Positions 48,740-58,707 of a DNA stretch of 64,000 nt are shown here, piece by piece. The notes under the pieces are model-generated. The model made no database searches, had not been told where the DNA came from, and saw only the letters and a list, made by a program, of their open reading frames with translations. Made by a program: the position numbers and the translations under genes. The DNA comes from Chloroflexota bacterium (GTDB taxonomy: Bacteria > Chloroflexota > UBA11872 > VXOZ01). How positions within the stretch are numbered: the stretch's first letter is position 1; every line of letters starts with the position of its first letter. The DNA is taken from positions 768,001-832,000 of the forward strand of contig OZ244922.1 in assembly GCA_965221905.1 (NCBI GenBank), read 5' to 3'.

Positions 48740-49036
48740 CGCTGCATTAGACGACGCTCAAGTATTCCCGAGCGGCGTGTGCCGCATTGCTCCACCCAGA
48801 ATTGTGAGCGGCAGAGCGGGCTTTTCCCTCTTAAGTGGTTGACAAATCGGCGCATTATCATGATTATGGATTCAAGAGATGCTTTTTAAATAGTCCTACT
48901 GCCGGTTGGCGGTAGCAGGCGGGAGGTAGAGTACACGGTGGCAAATTAGTGAGCAGGCACTCCTGCTCTATGCGCGTAGTGCCTGCAGCTATAGCGGCGT
49001 GTGCGGCAATCCTCACGTCGGAAGGAGGTAGCGGTC

Positions 49037-49813
49037 ATGGTAAGCGCGCAAACGACATTGCGGCAGGGCTGGCTGGCGCGGGCGGTGCTCTCCGGCTTTG
49101 TTGCCACCGTACTCATGATTCTCGCCGCCGTGGTCGCGTACGGCATTGCCTTTGCGCTGGCAAATATCGAGCCCTCAGAACAGGCAGGCGCCCAGACGTA
49201 CTCCGCCTGGTTCAAAGGCTTGACGGATAACATCATTGTCGAGTACACCACGGACGTATTCTATGCCGCAATCGCGATCCATCTGGTCATCGGCTTGGGC
49301 CTTGCCCTCATTTACGCGTACTTTGTCGAGCCGCGCATGCCCGGCACGGACCTTGGACGCGGTCTCGCCTTTGCCTTCTTCCCGTGGGTGCTATCTCTCA
49401 TAGTATTCCTGCCGCTCGTAGGCGCGGGCTTCCTCGGATTCGGCCTGGGCGCGGGATTCCTGCCAATTCTCGGCAATCTGGTGCTACACATTGTGTACGG
49501 CGCCGCGCTGGGCTTGGTCTACGGCTCTTTCGGCGACACCGTCGACGCGGAGAATCCCGACTCTGCTCAGGCTACGGCCACCGACACCGCAGCCATGGGG
49601 TCGTCGGAGCGCATGGCTGCCCGTGGCATTGTGGCCGGCATCGTGGGAGGCGCCGCCATCGGCCTCATTGCGGCGGCAATTGCGGGCATCAGCGGCTCAG
49701 CGGAGATGATGAATCTGCCTTTGGCGGCCTTTGTGCTCGTCTCCGCGGTGCTGGGCGGCACCGTAGGGGCATTGATCGGTTCGCTGGTGGGTTTGGAGCA
49801 GTCTACGGCCTGA
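49037..49813 (+). CDS. Integral membrane protein of unknown function
   Basis: SGF.AT, His-containing helices (IHLVIG, LHIVYG), Gly-zipper C-terminus; AAGGAGGT SD. Confidence 0.75.
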   Translation: MVSAQTTLRQGWLARAVLSGFVATVLMILAAVVAYGIAFALANIEPSEQAGAQTYSAWFKGLTDNIIVEYTTDVFYAAIAIHLVIGLGLALIYAYFVEPRMPGTDLGRGLAFAFFPWVLSLIVFLPLVGAGFLGFGLGAGFLPILGNLVLHIVYGAALGLVYGSFGDTVDAENPDSAQATATDTAAMGSSERMAARGIVAGIVGGAAIGLIAAAIAGISGSAEMMNLPLAAFVLVSAVLGGTVGALIGSLVGLEQSTA

Positions 49814-51138
49814 GTAAGAGGAGAGACCTTTTTGTTCGGCCATTCCTCCAGCGTAACTTTCAAGAGTTTGTTGTACTTGCGCTCGCTGATAACGCGAATT
49901 TCCACGGTTTCACTGGGCTTCTTGTAGGCGTCGATGTATTTGCTCAGGTCGTTCAGCTCTCTGACCGGTACGTCGTCGATGCTGACGATAATGTCGCCGT
50001 TAGCGCCGGTTTCAAAGATGTCGTTGTTGAGCTTTGAGCCGGGCAGAATGCCATAAACGATTACGCCGTAATCAACGGGAAGATTACATTGATTGGCGAG
50101 CTGCGGCGTGATGCTGGCGCCGTGGATTGGGAGCCAGGCGTGCTTCGGCGTCTTGCCTGCCAGTAAGTCGGGTAGGATGCGTTTGATTAGGTCAATGGGC
50201 AACGCCAACGCGATGCCGGCAAAGTTTTGCGTGGCGATTGCCGTATTGATGCCAATGACTTCACCGTTCTTCAAGTCAATGAGCGGCCCACCGGAACTCC
50301 CGCGGTTTATGGCCGCATCGCTCTGAATCATGCCCGTAATGGTCCGCCCGGAGAAGGCGTAGGGACGCCCCAAGCCGGACACGTGACCCGGGCTCATGGT
50401 GTTGCGGTAGACATAGAAATGACTGCCAATGGCGATGACTTGGTCGCCCACTCTGACGGCAGCGGAGGAGCCAAGTGGGGCGACGACGAGCTTGTCCGGT
50501 GGGATGTTGGCTTGCAGCAATGCAATGTCGGATCCCGGGTCGGTGGCTATGACTCTTGCCCCGAGCGGCGTACCGTCATCAAGCGTAAGGCGCAGCTCTC
50601 TGCCGTCCTTTATGACGTGATAGTTCGTCAAGATGTGGCCCGCCTCGTCGATCACAAAGCCGGAGCCGGCCTCTCCATAGGGCTGGCCGATCCCGACAGA
50701 GTCGGAGTCCGTTGATATGCGCACGACGCTTCCCTTTAGCCGCTCGAACACGTCCCCTATCGTATTCTGCGTTTCTTCCGCTACTACGGCCGGCGGCGTC
50801 GGCGTGGGCGGCGGTGTGGCGATGGCGGTAGGAACCGCCGTGGGCATGACGGTGGGCATGACGGTAGGTAACGTTGTCGGCACAGCCGTGGGGGCGACGG
50901 TGGCGAGCGGGACGATGGGTCGCTGATCGCCCGTCGCACCGGCGCGCGTGATTGGAGAGGCGCCAATTCCGGTCTCGGCAGCGCTCGGACTATCCAAGAG
51001 GCGCATGACGCCTATCACCGTGAGGGTGGTCCCAGCCGCCACGACGAGCAGTATCGCGGCAATTGCGCCGGGAACCATGAGCCGACTCCGCCACGTGCGC
51101 TTGCGGCCCTGAAAGGGGTCGTACGGCTTACTGCCCAC
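49567..51138 (-). CDS. HtrA/DegP-like membrane-anchored serine protease with PDZ domain
   Basis: TM anchor, Pro/Thr linker, GSGF, LTNYHV, DIALL, IQSDAAINRGSSGGPL, GDIIVSID; 3-prime end overlaps the convergent gene. Confidence 0.88.
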   Translation of the reverse strand: MGSKPYDPFQGRKRTWRSRLMVPGAIAAILLVVAAGTTLTVIGVMRLLDSPSAAETGIGASPITRAGATGDQRPIVPLATVAPTAVPTTLPTVMPTVMPTAVPTAIATPPPTPTPPAVVAEETQNTIGDVFERLKGSVVRISTDSDSVGIGQPYGEAGSGFVIDEAGHILTNYHVIKDGRELRLTLDDGTPLGARVIATDPGSDIALLQANIPPDKLVVAPLGSSAAVRVGDQVIAIGSHFYVYRNTMSPGHVSGLGRPYAFSGRTITGMIQSDAAINRGSSGGPLIDLKNGEVIGINTAIATQNFAGIALALPIDLIKRILPDLLAGKTPKHAWLPIHGASITPQLANQCNLPVDYGVIVYGILPGSKLNNDIFETGANGDIIVSIDDVPVRELNDLSKYIDAYKKPSETVEIRVISERKYNKLLKVTLEEWPNKKVSPLTQAVDCSKPTSEPINAPTVPPSTAETSTKAAKGRFIISAEPLMPAIAAAMRPMAAPPTMPATMPRAAMRSDDPMAAVSVAVA

Positions 51139-52624
51139 CGCTCCCCTCCTGCGGCAAGCGCACGGTAAAATTATTGCCTTCTCCCGGCGCGCTCTCGACC
51201 GATAGCGTGCCGCCGTGCTGCACTATCACGTCATGCGCGAAGGGCAGGCCCAAACCGTGGCCGCTGCCAGAGATGGAGGCACTATGGAAGCGCGTAAAGA
51301 TGTGCGGGAGATCGTCCGGCGCGATGCCCGCGCCGGTATCGGTCACCGCAATCGTCGCGGTATCGTCTGAGCAATGCAGCGTTACGGTTACGGTCCCGCC
51401 GTGCGGCGTATTCATGCATCCATTGTCTATGAGGGCGGCCAGCGCGTCGCGCAACCCACCGGGGTCGCCGTGAAGCCGCGGTGTGCACGGCAAGTGGCTC
51501 GAAATGTGCAGAGAATTCTCGTACTGTTCGCGTTTTTCCTCGCAGAGGCTATGAAGCAACGGTGCCAGCGACACCTCTTCACGCTTTAGATCGAGTCCTT
51601 CTTGCGCGCCCACGTAGAGCGGCAGATGGCGCACCCAGCGCTCGAGCGCTTCCGTCTGCGATTCAAGCCAAACGACGACGTCGTCGTAGGCTGCCATCCA
51701 CCCGCGCGGTTCGCTATGCAAGAATGTCCCCAGAGTGCGGCGCTGCTGTGGCGGCAGCTCAAGCGCACTCGGATCGCGGGGACGCAACTCACTGCGCAGA
51801 AAGTCGTTGAGGCTGTGCTGCTGCGCAACCAGTCGCCCCAGTTGCTGCTGGATGTAGCCGGCGCACTGGGCGCGGAATGCTGAGGCCTCGCCCGCAGCCG
51901 CCTCGGCGAGCACAACGCGATCGAGCAGGTTGTTGAGGCTTTGCACAAGCCACTGCGGTTCTTGGAGATGTCCCGGTGACACGAGGCGCTCATCCTCTTC
52001 GCCAAACGCCCGAATGCGCGCCGTAGCGCTCGCCACGTCTTCGATTGGTTTCGCGGTAATGTGCGCGATTAGTAGTCCCAGACCCACGGCGAGCAGCAGG
52101 CCGACACCGGCGCCAACTACGAGAACAAGACGCAGGTGCGCGAGAGTCTGCTCAACCGGAGCCAGCGGACGCGCCACTTGGAGCATGCCTTCTGATTGTG
52201 CCGGCAAGGGTACGGGAAGCGAGTAGATGCGGAACCGGGTGTTCGCGTGCTCAACGGTTTCATAGGCGAGTGCTTGCGGCCGCGCGCCGGTCGCGCCATA
52301 GGCGCTGTTGTCGAGCGGTCCGGTGCGTCTGCCGACTGATTGGGCGAGCACACGGCCGTCAGATGCTTTGAGTTGAAAGGCTGATCCCGTTGGCGCGACC
52401 GCTTCAAACGGTTCTGTGGATACCGGCAACGTGTTGCCTACAAGAGGGGAATCCGCAGACGTCAGAAAGTAGTCGCGCAACTGCTGGCCTTCTGCGGCCA
52501 GGCTCTGATCGAGTTGCGCGTGCAAACTGAATGCGAGCACGCCATACGTTGCCAGGCTCAAGGCGGAGAGAGCGACGGCAAGTACCGCTGTTGTCACTAC
52601 GGCAACGAAGAGCCGCGTGGACAT
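51128..52624 (-). CDS. HAMP-containing sensor histidine kinase-like protein with a degenerate H-box
   Basis: Two TM segments, HAMP-like region, HATPase boxes LIDN, DTGAGI, IFTRF, GHGLGL; no HE.R.P motif. Confidence 0.8.
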   Translation of the reverse strand: MSTRLFVAVVTTAVLAVALSALSLATYGVLAFSLHAQLDQSLAAEGQQLRDYFLTSADSPLVGNTLPVSTEPFEAVAPTGSAFQLKASDGRVLAQSVGRRTGPLDNSAYGATGARPQALAYETVEHANTRFRIYSLPVPLPAQSEGMLQVARPLAPVEQTLAHLRLVLVVGAGVGLLLAVGLGLLIAHITAKPIEDVASATARIRAFGEEDERLVSPGHLQEPQWLVQSLNNLLDRVVLAEAAAGEASAFRAQCAGYIQQQLGRLVAQQHSLNDFLRSELRPRDPSALELPPQQRRTLGTFLHSEPRGWMAAYDDVVVWLESQTEALERWVRHLPLYVGAQEGLDLKREEVSLAPLLHSLCEEKREQYENSLHISSHLPCTPRLHGDPGGLRDALAALIDNGCMNTPHGGTVTVTLHCSDDTATIAVTDTGAGIAPDDLPHIFTRFHSASISGSGHGLGLPFAHDVIVQHGGTLSVESAPGEGNNFTVRLPQEGSGGQ

Positions 52625-52845
52625 AACACGCCTTCCTCAACATTATTTCCTGAAGCAGCTCCTCGCGCCGCTTGAATTTAAACCTACCACAGTGATGTGC
52701 GCCTGATAAGTAGAATTATGCGAATCTTCTGCCGCAACGCGGCCCACGCGGAGGGCGAGCCGTCTCCGGTTGCCAAGTGTTGGCGTGCTAGAATGAGATA
52801 ATTGCAAATGCTGTCATCGCCATATGCGCCGGGACAAATATCTGT

Positions 52846-54813
52846 ATGTCTTCTGCCGATCCGCCGCTCGCGCCATCTTTTCACTTGGACAGCACAACCA
52901 TCGACGCCATCTACGGCCCAAACGGGCTGTTGGTGCGCGCCGGGTGGGAGCACCGCGCGGGGCAGCACGCCATGGCGTCTGCCATCAGCAGGGCCCTAGC
53001 GGAACGCCGTCACCTGGTGGTAGAGGCCGGCACCGGTGTGGGAAAGAGTCTCGCTTATCTCATCCCGGCGGTTTTGGCCCGGCGCGCCGACCCGGACTGC
53101 GGCCCGATCATCATCTCTACGGCAACCAAAGTGCTGCAAGACCAGCTCTTCTTCAAAGACGTGCCGGCTGTGCAGGAGCTCCTTGCTCCGTTTGGCATTA
53201 CGTTCGACGCCATCGTGGCCAAAGGGCTGGGGAACTACGCCTGCAAGCTCAAGCTGGATGAGGTTACCGGCAGTCTCATACCGCCGGAGGGACTGGCGGG
53301 GATGACGGCGTGGCTGGGGGAGACGACGACCGGCGACGTAGACGAGCTACGCTTTACGCTCTCAGCGGAACTCCGCGAACGCACTATCGCTACCGATACC
53401 GATTGCATCGGACGGCGCTGCCGCTACTTTCACGACAACTCATGCTGGTATTTCGCCATGCGCAAACAGTTGCAACGGGCGGACATTGTCATTTGCAACC
53501 ACGCGTTGCTCTGCCTCAGCACATTGGCCGAAATCCTGCCCCCACATGCGTTCCTCATTATCGATGAGGCGCACCAGCTTGAGAACTTCGCCTACGCGGC
53601 GTTCACGGATACGCTGACGCCGCGCAGCATCACGCGCCTCATTCCCGAAGAACCGGGCCTGGAGGGCCTGCGCGATGCGCTCCAGCGGGGCGTCGCAACG
53701 TACTGGGAGCAGTTCACGGCATTATTGCTGAATAAGGGTCGTGGCGACTGGGGAAGCCGGCAAGTTGCGGTGCCGGAACCCCTGGAATTCGCCGCAGAAC
53801 CGGTCACCAGCGTTCTCAATCGCTACTACCAACACCTCAAAGTGCGCTTGCCCCAGATGCCGAGTGAGGAGGAAGAGGCGAAGCTGCAGAAGCACATCGA
53901 GCAGGTGGATTCCGTGATCAACCGCGTGGATCGCTTCTGCGCACCGACGCAGCGGGGTTCGCTCCGCTATGTTGAGGAGGGGCGCAGCGGCATCCAGTTG
54001 CACTACACGCCTATCGACGTCTCAGAGCACCTTGCCCAGGTGGTCGAACGGACACAGGCAACTGTGTATACGTCGGCGACGCTGGCCGTGGGCGGCAGCA
54101 TGAAATTCTTCGCCTCGCGCGTGGGGGCCGGCAACTATCGGGAGGCTATGTGCGAAAGCCCTTTTATCTTCGAAGAGCAGGCGCTCATTTGGGCGCCGCG
54201 GCCGCGCGAACTATCCGAGCCTCCCTCGCGCTGGGAAGGGGAGGCAGCGCATGCCTATCTGGCGGCCCTGGTCGATCGGTTGGAACGCCTGGTGGTTGCC
54301 TCCCAGGGCAGGGCCTTCTTGCTCTTCACCAGCTATCGGGCGCTTGAACACTGCTACCGGGAGCTATCGCGGCGCGTCGGCGATCAGATGCTCTGCTTAC
54401 GCCAGGGGGAGATGCCGCGAAGGGAACTGCTGCGCGTGTTCCAGGAGGACGGCAACGCGGTGCTCTGCGCCACCAAGTCCTTTTGGCAAGGCGTGGACGT
54501 GCCGGGCGAGGCGCTCTCGGTCGTGGCCATCGACCGCCTGCCATTTTCCGCGCCATCCCCGCTTTCCCAAGCCCGATTGGATGCGGTAACCAATGCCGGC
54601 GGCAACTGGTTCCGCGACTTGATGCTGCCGGAAGCAGTCATCGATCTCAAGCAGGGCTTTGGCCGACTGATTCGGAGTCCGGAAGACAGCGGCGTGATGG
54701 TGCTGCTGGACGCGCGCATCCACTCAAAGTTCTACGGCAAGATGATCCTGAACTCACTGCCTCCGGCGCGGCGGGCTGGGGATTTTGCAGACGTTGAGCG
54801 GTTCTTTCGTTAA
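52846..54813 (+). CDS. DinG/YoaA-family ATP-dependent DNA helicase (FeS type)
   Basis: EAGTGVGKS, four Cys, DEAH, TSATL, LFTSY, FWQGVD, QGFGRLIR. Confidence 0.92.
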   Translation: MSSADPPLAPSFHLDSTTIDAIYGPNGLLVRAGWEHRAGQHAMASAISRALAERRHLVVEAGTGVGKSLAYLIPAVLARRADPDCGPIIISTATKVLQDQLFFKDVPAVQELLAPFGITFDAIVAKGLGNYACKLKLDEVTGSLIPPEGLAGMTAWLGETTTGDVDELRFTLSAELRERTIATDTDCIGRRCRYFHDNSCWYFAMRKQLQRADIVICNHALLCLSTLAEILPPHAFLIIDEAHQLENFAYAAFTDTLTPRSITRLIPEEPGLEGLRDALQRGVATYWEQFTALLLNKGRGDWGSRQVAVPEPLEFAAEPVTSVLNRYYQHLKVRLPQMPSEEEEAKLQKHIEQVDSVINRVDRFCAPTQRGSLRYVEEGRSGIQLHYTPIDVSEHLAQVVERTQATVYTSATLAVGGSMKFFASRVGAGNYREAMCESPFIFEEQALIWAPRPRELSEPPSRWEGEAAHAYLAALVDRLERLVVASQGRAFLLFTSYRALEHCYRELSRRVGDQMLCLRQGEMPRRELLRVFQEDGNAVLCATKSFWQGVDVPGEALSVVAIDRLPFSAPSPLSQARLDAVTNAGGNWFRDLMLPEAVIDLKQGFGRLIRSPEDSGVMVLLDARIHSKFYGKMILNSLPPARRAGDFADVERFFR

Positions 54814-54966
54814 GGAAGAGCGTTTTCTACTCTCGATGCGTATTTGGCGCTTCTATCAATTGAACCTATCGTCTTAGTCCCAAGGCATATCGTTGCCCTT
54901 GGGCCTTTCCAAGGGCAAGTTTGACATCGACTTGCACTGTCACGTACCACGCCGTTCCCACCAATG

Positions 54967-55585
54967 CTTCGACAAGCTCAGCACGAACGGAAGAGAGGGT
55001 CACGGGCAGTTCGGCTCAGCACGAATGGTAAGGGAAACGCACGTCAGTTATCCTCTCCCGTTCGCCCTGAGCTGAGTCGAAGGGTGTGCGGGAGTGGGGG
55101 TAGGATAGTGGTTGTTGAGCACGTCGGACTCCGTTCATACTTCGACAAGCTCAGCACGAACGGAAGAGAGGGTCACGGGCAGTTCGGCTCAGCACGAACG
55201 GGAGAGAGAGTCATGGGAAGTTCGGCTCAGCACGAATGGTAAGGGAAACGCACGTCAGTTATCCTCTCCCGTTCGCCCTGAGCTGAGTCGAAGGGTGTGC
55301 GGGAGTGGGGGTAGGATAGTGGTTGTTGAGCACGTCGGACTCCGTTCATACTTCGACAAGCTCAGCACGAACGGAAGAGAGGGTCACGGGCAGTTCGGCT
55401 CAGCACGAACGGAAGAGAGAGTCATGGGAAGTTCGGCTCAGCACGAATGGTAAGGGAAACGCACGTCAGCTATCCTCTCCCGTTCGCCCTGAGCCGCGTC
55501 GAAGGGTGAAGGGACGTAGAGGCGGCCCGGCTGATCGTAAGTAGGATTCACCCCGTTCGTGCTGAGCCAGTCGAAGCATGAACGG
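54967..55585. repeat. Tandem array of REP-doublet (family D) units
   Basis: Near-identical units start at 54967 (173 bp), 55140 (211 bp) and 55351; units 2-3 carry an extra 38-bp sub-repeat; closing arm at 55553-55585. Confidence 0.9.
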
Positions 55586-55605
55586 AGTATTCGACCCCCG
55601 GACGG

Positions 55606-56982
55606 CTATTGCAGTTCCGGCAGCGGCGGCATGTGGCGTTGCGCCCAGACAGCGATGTCTTGCGTGAGCAGTCGCTCGACGTTGAGTTCCACCTTGCGGT
55701 CGGCGAGGAGTTGACTGAACGCCCGTAGCTGCAGTTGGGACAAGGCGTTGGGTTCTATCGGGACGTCGTCGGCTTTTTCCAGGACTTCGATGATATGGAA
55801 TCCAAACGGCGTCTGAATTGGATCGCTGGTTTGTCCGGCTGCCAGCTCGAAGGCTACCAGCTCGAAGGTGGGGGTCATAACGCCCTTGGGGAACCAGCCC
55901 AGGTCGCCACCGTTTTCTTTCGCGCTGGGATCCAATGACATTTCCGCCGCAAGCTCGGCAAAGTCCTCGCCGGCCTCCAGGCGTTCCTTGGCGAGTGCGG
56001 CATCTTCTTCAGTCGTAAGTAGTATGTGGCGGGCATGGACCTGTGACTGGCTGGCGGGCACGGCGGCAATGGCGTCCTGTTCCAAGCGCTGCCGCCACCA
56101 GGCGTCTTGCACCCGCTCAGCGAAGGTCTCACGCGACATACCGGTACCGGCAAGATAGGCTTCCACGCGGGCGTCCATGGCAGGCGCTGGCGTGGGTACA
56201 ATCGGGGTGGACGTAACCGGCGCGGCGGCAGGCGACGGGGTTACGGGAAGCGCCGTCGCCGTGGCTGCGGCTGACTGGCTGCTCAAGAGCTCTGCCCGCA
56301 TTAGCATCTGATCGGACTGCCGTATCTCATCATCGGCGGTCACCGGAATGATCTCAGGCGCAGGAGGAGAGATGAACGAGAGAATGCTGTTGCGCAACTG
56401 CGCTTCGCTAAGTGCGCCGAGGTAGGCTGCGGTGGCTTCCTCCCGCTCGGCTTCCGAATAGGTATAGCCGCGCACAGCGGCTTCTTGGCGTACGATAATG
56501 GCCTCGACCATCTGCTCCAACGTGTAGCTGGGCAGGAATTGCAGTTGCTGTTCTTGTTGTGCCAGCAGCCGGCTGGTCGCGTTGCTCAAGGTGGCGGGGT
56601 CTTCTGCCGCTTCGCTGACGAGTTTAGGGAGAATCTGCTGCACCTGACGCGTGTAGTAGACGCGGTGGGCGAGTTCTGTGCCCAACGCCGTGGCATACGT
56701 GCTGGCGGAGATGTTGGTCGTCCCTACCCGTGCCACGGTAGCGCGTGCTTGGAGCACATACTCATTCAGGTACGCATAGAGCAGAATGAGGGCGATGAGA
56801 GCGGCAACGAAGCTGGCGCCGGTTATTACCGCTCGTCGCTTTATCGTGTCCTTTTCGCGCCGCGAAAGGTGGGTGCCCCAGCCAAAGATCAACGCCTGCC
56901 CCTCTTCCGCCGGATGCTCCAGAGGACGGGCGATTATGCGTTGGGCGCGTCGGTTTGACTGACCGGACTTTCTGCGTGGCAT
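55606..56982 (-). CDS. Parvulin-type peptidylprolyl isomerase (PrsA/SurA-like), membrane anchored
   Basis: ARHILL, FAELA..S.D, GGDLGWF, PIQTPFGFHII. Confidence 0.9.
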   Translation of the reverse strand: MPRRKSGQSNRRAQRIIARPLEHPAEEGQALIFGWGTHLSRREKDTIKRRAVITGASFVAALIALILLYAYLNEYVLQARATVARVGTTNISASTYATALGTELAHRVYYTRQVQQILPKLVSEAAEDPATLSNATSRLLAQQEQQLQFLPSYTLEQMVEAIIVRQEAAVRGYTYSEAEREEATAAYLGALSEAQLRNSILSFISPPAPEIIPVTADDEIRQSDQMLMRAELLSSQSAAATATALPVTPSPAAAPVTSTPIVPTPAPAMDARVEAYLAGTGMSRETFAERVQDAWWRQRLEQDAIAAVPASQSQVHARHILLTTEEDAALAKERLEAGEDFAELAAEMSLDPSAKENGGDLGWFPKGVMTPTFELVAFELAAGQTSDPIQTPFGFHIIEVLEKADDVPIEPNALSQLQLRAFSQLLADRKVELNVERLLTQDIAVWAQRHMPPLPELQ

Positions 56983-57270
56983 GGGAAGACCTTGAAGTAT
57001 GAGGCGTCAGGAGGCAACAGGGTGGCAAGCAATCGCTCAGTCGCCGTTGTCGCGCACCGCTATCCCTGCTTCCGAAGGGCGGGCTTGGCGCGAGCGCCGG
57101 CGCCGATGTGAAAGCAGTTTGCCCGGTAACGCACTACGCTGCAACTCGCATCAGCGCGTTTGGCAAGGAGCAGACGCCCTGGCTGGTGAAGAAGAGCGCT
57201 TAAACCTTGACAAGCACTGCGGCGCGCTGCCTTTAGCAACCGTTAGCGGGCCACGGCAATGGCGGGCTGC

Positions 57271-57675
57271 TTACCGGGTGCGCGTGTGTTCCGGCGTGTA
57301 CGGCAACAGCGCCACTGTGCGCGCTCGTTTGATGGCAACCCCGAGTCGGCGCTGGTGCTTCGCGCACGTACCGCTTTGGCGGTGCCCGATGATCTTCTCG
57401 CGATCGTCCAAGTAATTCCACAAGATGTCAACGTTCTTGTAGTCAATCACCTTAATGCCATTGCCGCAAAAGTAGCACGACCGGCGACGCCGCGGACCCC
57501 GACCGCCCGGCCCTCGCCGGCGCGGCGGGCCGCCGAAACGACCGCCGCCGCCACCACCGCTGCCACCGAAACGACCTCCGCCTCCGCCACCTCCGCCGCC
57601 TCCGCCACCACCGCCGCCGCCACCGAACCGTCCCGGCGGCCTGCCTCGTGAACCACGATCATCTCGATCAATCAT
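57271..57675 (-). CDS. rpsR: 30S ribosomal protein S18 (Zn-binding form) with a Gly/Arg-rich N-terminal extension
   Basis: C..C, IDYKN, TCAKHQR, IKRAR..ALLPY; follows ssb. Confidence 0.95.
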   Translation of the reverse strand: MIDRDDRGSRGRPPGRFGGGGGGGGGGGGGGGGGRFGGSGGGGGGRFGGPPRRRGPGGRGPRRRRSCYFCGNGIKVIDYKNVDILWNYLDDREKIIGHRQSGTCAKHQRRLGVAIKRARTVALLPYTPEHTRTR

Positions 57676-57733
57676 CAGTTATCCTCTATTTGCAGTGTAT
57701 CAGTCAGAATTCATGGGAAATCGTGGGGAAATA

Positions 57734-58156
57734 TTAGAAAGGAAGGTCATCAGGGTCGATCTGCTCTTCCTGTTCGGCAGGAGCCCCGGCTTCCGCCATG
57801 GCCTCGCCGGACGTGCCTTGATCCCGCCGCGAGCCGAGCATCTGCATCTCGAACGCGGTGACGGCTAAGGTAGAGCGCTCCTGTCCGTCCTGTCCGGTCC
57901 AGCGGTCGAGCTTTATGCGTCCTTCGATGTATACCTGTTGACCTTTGGTAAGGTAGTTGGCACAGATTTCGGCAAGCTTATTCCAGGCGGAGATGCGAAA
58001 CCACTCGGTTTCATCTTGCTGCTGGCCGTCGCGGGTGTTATAGCGTCGGCTCACCGCTATCGAAAAGTCGCAAACAGGCGTGCCGCTTGCGGTATAGCGC
58101 AACTCAGGGTCGCGGCCCAAGTGTCCGATGAGCATGACTTTATTCAGGCCAGCCAT
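57734..58156 (-). CDS. ssb: Single-stranded DNA-binding protein
   Basis: LNKVMLIG.LG.DPELRYT, KG.QVYIEG, C-terminal DDLPF. Confidence 0.97.
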   Translation of the reverse strand: MAGLNKVMLIGHLGRDPELRYTASGTPVCDFSIAVSRRYNTRDGQQQDETEWFRISAWNKLAEICANYLTKGQQVYIEGRIKLDRWTGQDGQERSTLAVTAFEMQMLGSRRDQGTSGEAMAEAGAPAEQEEQIDPDDLPF

Positions 58157-58158
58157 GG

Positions 58159-58518
58159 TTATGCTTCCTCGCTTTCGGTTGCAGCGGCGGCTGCGGGTTC
58201 CGGTTGCCGGTCCGGCGTGAGGGGCGGCAGGCCCTCAGCACGCACGGTGAGGTAGCGGATTATTGGCTCCGTGATTAGGAAAAGGCTTTCGAGATCCCGT
58301 ACAAGCGCCGGGGCATCGGCGTTGAAGTGCCAAAGCACGTAGTAGCCGTCGGTGAGGTGCTTGATGGGGTAAGCGAGGCGTCGTCGCCCCCACGTCTGTC
58401 GCGCGACGATTTCGCCGTTGTGTTCAGTGATCGTGGAGACGATGCGACCGGTGAGAGTCGCGAGGGTATCGGTGTCGATCTCCGGATGGAAGATGACGAC
58501 AAGCTCGTACGGACGCAT
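58159..58518 (-). CDS. rpsF: 30S ribosomal protein S6
   Basis: MRPYE..I..P, WG.RRLAYPI, G.Y, IRYL. Confidence 0.96.
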   Translation of the reverse strand: MRPYELVVIFHPEIDTDTLATLTGRIVSTITEHNGEIVARQTWGRRRLAYPIKHLTDGYYVLWHFNADAPALVRDLESLFLITEPIIRYLTVRAEGLPPLTPDRQPEPAAAAATESEEA

Positions 58519-58619
58519 GCAGAGTTTTCCTTCCTCTGGGTTTGCCTTCGGTCGGGTGCATCGGCTGGGTGAACTTTAGGCCCAGCCTGCACGTGCCGGA
58601 AGCAGAAAGGTTATTATCG

Positions 58620-58707
58620 TGGTGCCGAGGACCGGAGTCGAACCGGCACGAGCGTTTAAGCTCCTGGGAGTTTAAGTCCCATGCGTCTTCCATTTCGCCA
58701 CCTCGGC
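58620..58707 (-). tRNA. tRNA-Leu, anticodon TAA, CCA encoded
   Basis: GCCGAGG acceptor stem, TGGGA-CTTAAAC-TCCCA anticodon arm, long variable arm, GTTCGACTC, ACCA end. Confidence 0.95.

Noticed and set aside
54967-55585. CRISPR array
   Set aside because: The spacers are themselves repeated, spacing is irregular, arms occur in both orientations, the motif is dispersed elsewhere and no cas genes are present
58620-58707. tRNA-Leu as a genomic island integration site
   Set aside because: Its 3-prime side leads directly into rpsF; no duplicated 3-prime end or adjacent integrase in the window
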